Shown here in pieces: positions 9,454 to 17,091 of a stretch of DNA of 64,000 nucleotides (its first letter is position 1; each line of letters begins with the position of its first letter). Location: NCBI GenBank assembly GCA_012800525.1, contig JAAZJD010000075.1:6499-70498 (forward strand), in the 5' to 3' direction. The position numbers were made by a program, and so were the translations under genes. This DNA comes from Clostridiales bacterium (GTDB taxonomy: Bacteria > Bacillota > Clostridia > Christensenellales > DTU072). Below the pieces are notes generated by a model. The model was given only the letters and a program-made list of their open reading frames with translations, was not told the DNA's origin and did not search any database.

Positions 9454-10654
9454 TATATAAATTTTCCAATGTTTTTTTAACTTCTTTTAAAAACTCAAAA
9501 CTTTCAACTTTTCTGGGATTTATTCCTATTTTTGAAAATAATCCCACAAGATCCCCTGTCATTATTCCTTTTTCAATTGTTTTTTTGGTAGCACTTTCTA
9601 AATTTTTAGCAAAATCAATCAATTGCGGTATATCATCTATTTCACCGCGTTTTGCCAAAGCACCTGTCCAAGCAAAAATTGTAGCTACAGAATTTGTAGA
9701 AGTATATTCTCCATTAATATACTTATAATAATGGCGAGTAACAGTTCCATGTGCTGCTTCATATTCATATTGACCATTTGGTGAAACAAGCACAGAAGTC
9801 ATCATAGCTAATGAACCAAAAACTGTAGCTAACATATCACTCATTACATCACCATCATAGTTTTTGCAAGCCCAAATAAAACCACCATGAGATCTCATTA
9901 CGCGAGCCACAGCGTCATCAATTAATGTATAAAAGTATTCAATATTATTTTTTTCAAAATCATTTTTGTAAAATTTGTTGTATATTTCTCCAAATATATC
10001 TTTAAATCTATGATCATAAATTTTACTAATTGTATCTTTTGTGCTAAACCATAAATCAAGTTTTTTATCTAATGCATACTTAAAACAACTGTGTGCAAAA
10101 CTTGCTATACTTTCATCGGTATTGAACATTGCTTGAACAATTCCAGGAGATGAAAAATCTTTTACTAATAATTTTGTTCCTAAATCAGATTCTAAGGATA
10201 TTTTTGCTTTATCATCAACCTTCATTTCAACTGCAGAATAAACATCTCCATGTGCATGTCTTGCAATAATTATTGGTTTTTTCCAGTTTGCAACTAACGG
10301 AGTAATTCCATCTATTAGTATTGGTGCTCGAAAAACAGTGCCATCAAGTATAGCCCTAATGGTTCCATTTGGAGATTTCCACATTTTTGATAAATTATAT
10401 TCAATTACTCTTTGGGCATTTGGTGTAATGGTAGCACACTTAACTCCAACACCATATTTTTTGATTGCGTTTGCAGAGTCAACAGTAACTTTATCTTGGG
10501 TGTTTTCTCTATTAGATAAACTCAAATCATAATATTCAGTTTTTAAATCAACATACGGCTTGATAAGAATTTCTTTAATTTTTGACCATAGTATTCTTGT
10601 CATTTCATCTCCGTCTATTTCAACTAAAGGCGTTTTCATTTTTATTTTATTCAT
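9446..10654 (-). CDS. icd: NADP-dependent isocitrate dehydrogenase, about 400-aa eukaryote-like (subfamily II) type
   Basis: 402 aa. N-terminus PLVEIDGDEMTRILW, with later HGDVYS, DGDVMSD and AAHGTVTRHY motifs typical of the homodimeric IDH1/2-like class. Overlaps the downstream MBL gene by 8 nt. Confidence 0.85.
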   Translation of the reverse strand: MNKIKMKTPLVEIDGDEMTRILWSKIKEILIKPYVDLKTEYYDLSLSNRENTQDKVTVDSANAIKKYGVGVKCATITPNAQRVIEYNLSKMWKSPNGTIRAILDGTVFRAPILIDGITPLVANWKKPIIIARHAHGDVYSAVEMKVDDKAKISLESDLGTKLLVKDFSSPGIVQAMFNTDESIASFAHSCFKYALDKKLDLWFSTKDTISKIYDHRFKDIFGEIYNKFYKNDFEKNNIEYFYTLIDDAVARVMRSHGGFIWACKNYDGDVMSDMLATVFGSLAMMTSVLVSPNGQYEYEAAHGTVTRHYYKYINGEYTSTNSVATIFAWTGALAKRGEIDDIPQLIDFAKNLESATKKTIEKGIMTGDLVGLFSKIGINPRKVESFEFLKEVKKTLENLYNV

Positions 10655-10691
10655 GCTGTTCTCCTGTGTTTTTAAAATTTAATTTTAGATG

Positions 10692-11195
10692 TTATAGGAA
10701 TGATTTTTTGTTGTTATTCACATAAGTATAATATCTTGTGATATATCCTTGATCTTCTAGTGGCTCACCAATGGATTTTATTATCCAGTTAGGCTTATCG
10801 TCTAAATTTGGGAAAAAAACTGTAGCGTCATCACAAACACTATCTACTTTTGTAACATATGCTTTATCACAATAGTCAAGCATAGTGGCATAAAACATTG
10901 CCCCACCTATAATAAAGATATCTTCACTGTTATATTTTTTAAGTTCAATTTTTAATTCTTCTATTGTATCAACAACAGTACAATCAGATCTTTCAAATTC
11001 ATCGCATAATACGATATTTTTTCTTTTGGGTAAAGGTTTACTTCCAGGTAAAGAAAGAAGAGTGTTGCCCCCCATTACTACAACTTTATCCTTTGTTTTT
11101 TCTTTAAAATATTGTAAATCCTTTGGTAAATGAAAAAGCAAACCATTGTTTTTTCCTATACCCCAGTTGTTATCAACACATACTATTACATTCAT
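10692..11195 (-). CDS. folA: dihydrofolate reductase
   Basis: 167 aa. MNVIVCVDNNWGIGKNNGLLFHLPKDLQYFKEKT, VVMGGNT and IIGGAMFY motifs. Lies immediately downstream of thyA. Confidence 0.9.
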   Translation of the reverse strand: MNVIVCVDNNWGIGKNNGLLFHLPKDLQYFKEKTKDKVVVMGGNTLLSLPGSKPLPKRKNIVLCDEFERSDCTVVDTIEELKIELKKYNSEDIFIIGGAMFYATMLDYCDKAYVTKVDSVCDDATVFFPNLDDKPNWIIKSIGEPLEDQGYITRYYTYVNNNKKSFL

Positions 11196-11206
11196 AATTC
11201 AACTCC

Positions 11207-12037
11207 TTAAATTGCTACCTCTATACGTTTATCGAGTGGCGTATATTTATAATCTATCAGTTTAAAATCTTCAACCTTAAAATCATAAAAATTTTTCACA
11301 TCTTTATTTATTTCAAACTTTGGGGCAGCATATACTGGATTTTTAATAATTTCCGCTACTATTGGAATATGTCTATCATATATATGAGCATCTGCTATTA
11401 CATGCACAAATTCTCCAACTTCCATATTATTGACTTGAGCAAACATATGAACCAAAACAGCATATTGCACCACATTCCAGTTGTTTGCAGTTAACATATC
11501 TTGGCTTCTTTGGTTTAATATTGCATTTAAAGTGTTCCCAGAAGTATTCAATGTTAATGAATATGCACAAGGATATAGAGCCATTTCATGTAAATCATTG
11601 TGAACATAAATATTAGACATTATTCTTCGAGATTGTGGATTATTTTTTAGATCAAACAAAATTCTATCAACTTGATCAAATTCACCTTCTTTGTACTTAT
11701 GTTTGACTGAAAGTTGATAACCATAAGCTTTGCCAATTGAACCATTTTCATCGGCCCAAGAATTCCAAATTTTTGAATTTAAATCGTTAATGTTGTTGGA
11801 TTTCTTTTGCCAAATCCACAACATTTCATCAATGCAATTTTTAAAAAATGTTTTACGTATAGTTAATATTGGAAATTCTTCTTTTAAATTGTATCTATTG
11901 ACAATGCAAAACTGTTTTTTTGTATGTGCAGGTGTTCCATCTGTCCATCTAGGTCTTACATTTAAATTGTCATCAGAAAATCCATTGTCAATTATTGATT
12001 TTACATTGTCTATAAAAATTAAATCAGCCTTACTCAC
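11207..12037 (-). CDS. thyA: thymidylate synthase (B. subtilis ThyA-like class)
   Basis: 276 aa with a GTG start and a GAGGT RBS. GTPAHT, EMLWIWQ, NPQSRR, YPCAY, NQRSQD and FYDFKVEDFKLIDYKY match the about-279-aa Bacillus ThyA type from memory. Confidence 0.93.
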   Translation of the reverse strand: MSKADLIFIDNVKSIIDNGFSDDNLNVRPRWTDGTPAHTKKQFCIVNRYNLKEEFPILTIRKTFFKNCIDEMLWIWQKKSNNINDLNSKIWNSWADENGSIGKAYGYQLSVKHKYKEGEFDQVDRILFDLKNNPQSRRIMSNIYVHNDLHEMALYPCAYSLTLNTSGNTLNAILNQRSQDMLTANNWNVVQYAVLVHMFAQVNNMEVGEFVHVIADAHIYDRHIPIVAEIIKNPVYAAPKFEINKDVKNFYDFKVEDFKLIDYKYTPLDKRIEVAI

Positions 12038-12072
12038 ATATACCTCACAAACATAAAATATTAATTATAAAA

Positions 12073-12101
12073 ATTATATATGTTATGGTGGATTCTTTCA
12101 A
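12073..12101 (-). promoter_or_regulatory. sigma-A type promoter for thyA operon
   Basis: The minus strand reads TTGAAA-17 nt-TATAAT. The -10 lies about 35 nt upstream of the thyA GTG. Confidence 0.55.
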
Positions 12102-12324
12102 GTATAATGCATGCTAAATTAATAATACTGTGCAGTAAAATTATAATAGATAGAGGGGATTAATTATAAATTGTTTTAATTTTATAGGGGGGATCTCATA
12201 TAAAAATTATGTTAATAAAACATTTAAGAATAGAGTTAAGTTTACAAAATTAACTATATTTGATAAACTTGCATTATTGACAATGTGTTATTGATAATGA
12301 AATAAATGAGTGAGGGTTTCTAAA

Positions 12325-13209
12325 ATGATTAAGTTTTTTTACGATACGGACAGTGAGCTTAGATTTGATATTGCTAAAGAGCTTGGAATAGAAAATGATG
12401 TTATAAAAATGCCCTATTCTATAGATGGTGTTGAATATCTTGCTGATTTGGGTGAAAACTTCAATTCAAAAGAATTTTTTAATAAACTAAGAGCAGGTAT
12501 ACTAGCCTCTACAGCAGCACTAAATCCAGCTGAATATGTTAATTATTTTATGCCTTGGGCTGAAAAGGGAGCCGAGGTTTTTTATGTTAGTTTTGGTTCC
12601 GAATTTTCAGGGACATTTAACAACATGGAGATAGCTTTAAAAGAAATTAGAAAAAAATATCCTGATTTTAAATTTACAAGATATGACACAAAGGCGATTA
12701 GTATGGCAACAGGATTGCTTGTAATTAAAGCCGCAAAATTGCTCAATGAAGGGTTAAATGTTAAAGATGTTTGTTTAAAACTTGATATGTTGAGGGATAA
12801 AATAAACGAGACCTTTGTTGTGGATGACCTAAAACATCTAAGACGCGGAGGACGCCTAACTTCAGCTGAAGCATTCTTTGGAGGAATTTTACAAATTAAA
12901 CCAATAATCAAATTATCTCAAGAAGGGAAATTAAAGCCTGCAGCGAAAGTAACAGGCCGGAACAAAGCTTTTAGTATAATGGTAGATGAAGTTATACAAT
13001 CTTTTGATTCATCTGCAGCTTTGCCTTTAATTATTTTAAACGGCGACTGTCTTGAAGATGCTAAAAGACTTGAACAACAAATCAAATTAGCGAGGCCAGA
13101 AATTGAGATATGGCAATATGATGTAGGTCCTGTCATTGGAGCTCATTGTGGACCTAACACTATTGGTTTTTGCTATCCAAGCGTTAATTTACGTCCAGTT
13201 TTAAGCTAA
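12325..13209 (+). CDS. DegV family fatty-acid-binding protein
   Basis: The track ORF starts at GTG 12310. ATG 12325 is preferred because GAGGG lies 8 nt upstream. FYDTDSEL N-terminus, LRRGGRL and GPVIGAHCGPNTIGF motifs are typical of DegV. Confidence 0.85.
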   Translation: MIKFFYDTDSELRFDIAKELGIENDVIKMPYSIDGVEYLADLGENFNSKEFFNKLRAGILASTAALNPAEYVNYFMPWAEKGAEVFYVSFGSEFSGTFNNMEIALKEIRKKYPDFKFTRYDTKAISMATGLLVIKAAKLLNEGLNVKDVCLKLDMLRDKINETFVVDDLKHLRRGGRLTSAEAFFGGILQIKPIIKLSQEGKLKPAAKVTGRNKAFSIMVDEVIQSFDSSAALPLIILNGDCLEDAKRLEQQIKLARPEIEIWQYDVGPVIGAHCGPNTIGFCYPSVNLRPVLS

Positions 13210-13232
13210 TATAACATAAAGTATTTAAGGAT

Positions 13233-14249
13233 ATGAAAACAAAATGTTATAAAATAATAAGCATTTGCATTTTATCGATGTTTGTTATTTTTTCTTTTTT
13301 TGGATTAAGTGGTTGCACACATCAAACATTACAAGGTGTGATTTTTTACACCGGGTTTAAAATCGAAGGAGTTACCACAAAAGAAATGTCAACTATCAAA
13401 CAAAGATTAAAAGATATTGAAAGCAATATATCCGCCAACATATACAACTACCCTAATTCTGAAATTAATATTGTAAATCAATCAAAAGCGAATATACCAG
13501 TTAATGTAGGCTTAGATTTTGAACATTTGTTTAATGTTAGTAAAGAAATGAATGAATGTTTTAATAGTTTTAATCCTGCAATATATCCTTTGATTGAAAA
13601 ATGGAAACTTAATCATGAATTTGTCATTGACTATTCCCCTAATATAGAAGAAATTCCAAGTGATGATGAAATAGAACAAATACTTTCTATATGTTCTCTA
13701 GATAATTTTACAATAAATCAAAAAAACATTACAAAAAGTCAAGATGAATCTAAGCTAGATTTTGGAGCAATAGCCAAAGGATTTGCTGTTGATCAAATAT
13801 TTGACATGATAAAAAGCAATAATAAAGTTGTAGATATTGGTGGCACAATAAGAAGTAAAAAAGAAATTAATGTTGGAATATTACATCCAAGAAAAAAAGA
13901 TCAAATATTTGCAGAAGTTAAAATTAAAAATCAAGCAATTGCTACAAGCGGTGATTATTATAGGTTTTATTACCTGAAAGGAGATAACACAAAAAGATAT
14001 CATCATATTATTGATCCATCCAATGGTTATCCATCTGGATTTTATCAAGATAATCCCGTTGTTTCAGTAACTGTTATTGGTCCTAAAGCTGAAATTTGTG
14101 ATGTTCTTTCAACAGTTTTTATGATAGAAGATAAAAATGTCATAGAAAGTAGCTTAAAATCCAAAAAATTTGAAGAATATAGCACTTTACTTATTCATGA
14201 AGATGGAACATATGCTATCATTGGGAATAAAAAGTTCCAAGTGTTTTAA
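13233..14249 (+). CDS. apbE: FAD:protein FMN transferase (ApbE family), lipoprotein
   Basis: 338 aa. Signal peptide with a perfect lipobox (FFGLSGC). FGAIAKGFAVDQI and TSGDYYRFY...RYHHIIDPSNGYP are ApbE signatures. Confidence 0.9.
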   Translation: MKTKCYKIISICILSMFVIFSFFGLSGCTHQTLQGVIFYTGFKIEGVTTKEMSTIKQRLKDIESNISANIYNYPNSEINIVNQSKANIPVNVGLDFEHLFNVSKEMNECFNSFNPAIYPLIEKWKLNHEFVIDYSPNIEEIPSDDEIEQILSICSLDNFTINQKNITKSQDESKLDFGAIAKGFAVDQIFDMIKSNNKVVDIGGTIRSKKEINVGILHPRKKDQIFAEVKIKNQAIATSGDYYRFYYLKGDNTKRYHHIIDPSNGYPSGFYQDNPVVSVTVIGPKAEICDVLSTVFMIEDKNVIESSLKSKKFEEYSTLLIHEDGTYAIIGNKKFQVF

Positions 14250-14253
14250 AAGA

Positions 14254-14655
14254 ATGAATAATAAAAATAATTTAAACTATTATAAAAAAAGGGAAATAAT
14301 AAAAAAAATTGATATTATTTTTTTAATTGCTTTAATCATAATAATAGCAATTTCTCTTATATTAATATTTACAGCAAAAAAAGGAAATGAAGCTAAACTT
14401 ATTGTTGATTCTGAAGTTAAAATGACTTTTAACTTAGGAAAAAATCAAGTAATAAAACTTGATGATTATAATATTGTTATTAAAATAGAGTCACAAAAAA
14501 TATCAATTATAGAGAGTGATTGTCCTAATCAAATTTGTGTTAAAACTGGCGCTATATCAAAATCAAATCAAATTATTGTTTGTGCTCCTAAAAAAATTTT
14601 AATCGTTATTGATGATAACAAGAACAATAACTATTATACAGGTAATATAAATTGA
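14254..14655 (+). CDS. NusG domain II-containing membrane-anchored protein (DUF1312-like)
   Basis: The track ORF 14170.. overlaps the apbE 3' end. In-frame ATG 14254 gives MNNKNNLNYYKK.., one TM helix, then SDCPNQICVKTGAIS....IVCAPKK, the conserved Cys pattern of this family. This is the usual partner of the next gene. Confidence 0.6.
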   Translation: MNNKNNLNYYKKREIIKKIDIIFLIALIIIIAISLILIFTAKKGNEAKLIVDSEVKMTFNLGKNQVIKLDDYNIVIKIESQKISIIESDCPNQICVKTGAISKSNQIIVCAPKKILIVIDDNKNNNYYTGNIN

Positions 14656-14667
14656 TCAAAATCACAA

Positions 14668-15192
14668 ATGAATAATAAAAATATTAAAATTAAAAAATTA
14701 AGTATTACATCTATTTTCCTAACTTTAGCTCTTATCCTTGGAGTGATAGAAAATTTAATTCCTCCAATTATTCCATTTCTTCCATTTATTAAAATTGGAC
14801 TTTCTAATTTGATTTTGATCTTTATAATTGTTGTTTTTTCATGGAAAGAATCATTAATTATTTCTTTATTAAAGTCCATAATAGTTCCACTTATGATTGG
14901 CAACCCAATTATGATTATATATTCTTTGCCAGCGAGTTTAATTTCAACCATATCAAATGCAACCCTAATAAATCTAAAAAAATTAAGTTTAGTAATAATT
15001 AGTGTGCTTGGCGCAATAGTACACAATTTAATCCAACTAATAGTAGCATCATTTGTTCTCTCCTCCATAAGCGTATTTGCTCTTATGCCCTACTTATTGT
15101 TATTGGCTATTATTTCTGGACTATCAATCGGATTGATTTCATTTTTCCTTATTAAAAAGATACCGCAAACACTAGTCGTTTTTTATGATTAA
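14668..15192 (+). CDS. Gx transporter family protein (heptaprenyl diphosphate synthase component I-like membrane protein)
   Basis: 174 aa with about 5 TM segments. The GVIENLIPPIIPFLPFIKIGLSNLILIF N-terminal motif is typical of the family. Adjacent to NusG_II and ApbE genes. Confidence 0.6.
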   Translation: MNNKNIKIKKLSITSIFLTLALILGVIENLIPPIIPFLPFIKIGLSNLILIFIIVVFSWKESLIISLLKSIIVPLMIGNPIMIIYSLPASLISTISNATLINLKKLSLVIISVLGAIVHNLIQLIVASFVLSSISVFALMPYLLLLAIISGLSIGLISFFLIKKIPQTLVVFYD

Positions 15193-15217
15193 ATTTAAAA
15201 TATATGTTTTTATGAAC

Positions 15218-16468
15218 TTAAAAATCTACATCGAAAACTTGAAAAGAAAAAAACTTTTCTTTTTCGATTTTTTGTAATTTCAAATTTATATTATTTTCCA
15301 TATCAGTTCCGCGAATGAGTTTATCGTAACCATGTTTTTTCTTTATATCAAACACCTTAGTTTCAAGATTATTTAAAAATTTCAAATTTTCTAAAAATGA
15401 AAGTTGGTTTATATTTATGCTTTGAATATTTAGCATATGAATTGTTATTGCTTTAATACCTAGAGAGCTTCCCCCTAAATTATATATTTGGGATAAAAGT
15501 TCTAATGAAATAAACTTTATTGAATCGGCAGAATTAAAACTGTTATTACCTAAGGATTGTTTTGATATAACTTTTAAGTTGGACAATTTTAGTGTTAATT
15601 TTACACCATTTGCTAAAAAATTTTTAGCTTTTAATCTAAAAGAAATATATTGAGATAATGCTAAAATAATTTTTGAGGCATCGCTATAAGTAAAGATATC
15701 TTCTGATAAAGTACAGCCATTACCTAAGCTTTTGGGAAGATTTTTTTTGTCAAAAATGCTTTCTATTGTATCATCATTAATGCCTTTTGCTTTTAAATAC
15801 AAATCTTGACCATTTTTATTAAAATGTTTAACAACTATTTCTTCCGGCAAATTTGCTAAATCACCAATTGTGAAAACATTAAATTTATGTAGCACATTTT
15901 TCATAGAACATCCAACATTGAGCAAAGTTTCGATAGGTAGAGGATAAATTAATGACTGATGATTATCAACAGTAATTTCGGTTATACAATTTGGTTTTTT
16001 GTAATCAGAACCAATTTTTGCAAATGTTTTACTAAATGAAATACCAATAGAGACAGTTAAACCTAATTCGTTTTTTACTCTTCTTGAAAGTTCCTTTGCA
16101 ATAATGTATTCCTTTTTATTTTTGCTAACTAAGTGTGTAATATCAATCCAGCACTCATCTATACCAAAACTTTCTATTAAATTGCTATATTGAAAACATA
16201 TATTAAAAAATTTTTTTGAATATGTAATATATGTTGCATAAGAAGGTTTTACTAAAATAGCATCTGGGCATTTTTTCATGGCGATAGCCAGAGTTTCAGC
16301 AGTTTTAACTCCACATTCTTTAGCTTTTTGAGATTTTGCAAGAACAATCCCGTTTCTATTTTCCGGATCCCCGCAGACAATTACAGGTTTATTAGTTAGT
16401 TCTGGATTTAAAATTACTTCAACGGATGCAAAAAAATTATTTATATCACAATGTAAAATTGTTTTCAT
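15218..16468 (-). CDS. dinB: DNA polymerase IV (Y-family translesion polymerase)
   Basis: 416 aa. ILHCDINNFFASVE, IDECWIDIT and SIGISFSKTFAKIGSDYKKPN motifs. The start overlaps the coaE stop as ATGA. Confidence 0.9.
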   Translation of the reverse strand: MKTILHCDINNFFASVEVILNPELTNKPVIVCGDPENRNGIVLAKSQKAKECGVKTAETLAIAMKKCPDAILVKPSYATYITYSKKFFNICFQYSNLIESFGIDECWIDITHLVSKNKKEYIIAKELSRRVKNELGLTVSIGISFSKTFAKIGSDYKKPNCITEITVDNHQSLIYPLPIETLLNVGCSMKNVLHKFNVFTIGDLANLPEEIVVKHFNKNGQDLYLKAKGINDDTIESIFDKKNLPKSLGNGCTLSEDIFTYSDASKIILALSQYISFRLKAKNFLANGVKLTLKLSNLKVISKQSLGNNSFNSADSIKFISLELLSQIYNLGGSSLGIKAITIHMLNIQSININQLSFLENLKFLNNLETKVFDIKKKHGYDKLIRGTDMENNINLKLQKIEKEKFFSFQVFDVDF

Positions 16469-17052
16469 TGAGAATTAGCCGTATTATTCTTTGATAGTTT
16501 GTCCCACAATTCTTTAATTAATGATTTTATATGTGTAATATCTTTATCATTGTTAATTATATAATCGGCTATATGTTCACAATTATCTTCTTCAGCCTGA
16601 GCAAGAATTATTCTACTTGTAAAACTAGAGCTAAGTCCATCTCTTTTCATAACTCTACTTAACCTATCTTCATAGCCAGACTTTACGAACCAAATTTGAT
16701 CAAAAATATCTTTTGCATTGCTTTCATATAATAAGGGAATTTCTACAAATAATAAGTCAAACTTATTACTTTCTTTAATTATTTGTTGAATAATTAAAGG
16801 GTGAGCAATACCATTTAGCTTTAATCTCATCGATTCATCATTAAAAATAAGTTCCTTCAATTTTAATTTATTAATTTGTCCATTTTCCACAATCCCAGGA
16901 AATTCTTCATTAATAAGTTTAATATAATGTGGCTGAGACAATAGCTCATTATTGATTTCATCGGTTTTTATGGTGTTTGCTCCTAATTTTTTCAGTTCAT
17001 CTATGATTATAGATTTGCCTACTCCTATTCCGCCTGTTATTGCTATCAACAT
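16465..17052 (-). CDS. coaE: dephospho-CoA kinase
   Basis: The track ORF is extended to 17085. ATG 17052 is preceded by AGGAGG (7-nt spacer) and gives MLIAITGGIGVGKS (P-loop). Confidence 0.9.
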   Translation of the reverse strand: MLIAITGGIGVGKSIIIDELKKLGANTIKTDEINNELLSQPHYIKLINEEFPGIVENGQINKLKLKELIFNDESMRLKLNGIAHPLIIQQIIKESNKFDLLFVEIPLLYESNAKDIFDQIWFVKSGYEDRLSRVMKRDGLSSSFTSRIILAQAEEDNCEHIADYIINNDKDITHIKSLIKELWDKLSKNNTANSQ

Positions 17053-17091
17053 AAAAACTCCTCCTTGTTTCCCCAAAACATCCAATTTTAG

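Noticed and set aside
12209-12253. A 14-codon mini-ORF (MLIKHLRIELSLQN) downstream of the second G-run, considered as a leader peptide.
   Set aside because: The G-run is 14 nt from the ATG, which is too far for an SD. The peptide has no regulatory codon run, and no terminator/antiterminator alternative is visible.
14560-14580. KTGAIS in the NusG_II protein as the ApbE flavinylation site.
   Set aside because: The canonical motif places Ser/Thr immediately after GA ([S/T]GA[S/T]), whereas here Ile follows. The segment is the conserved Cys-flanked core of the NusG_II family.
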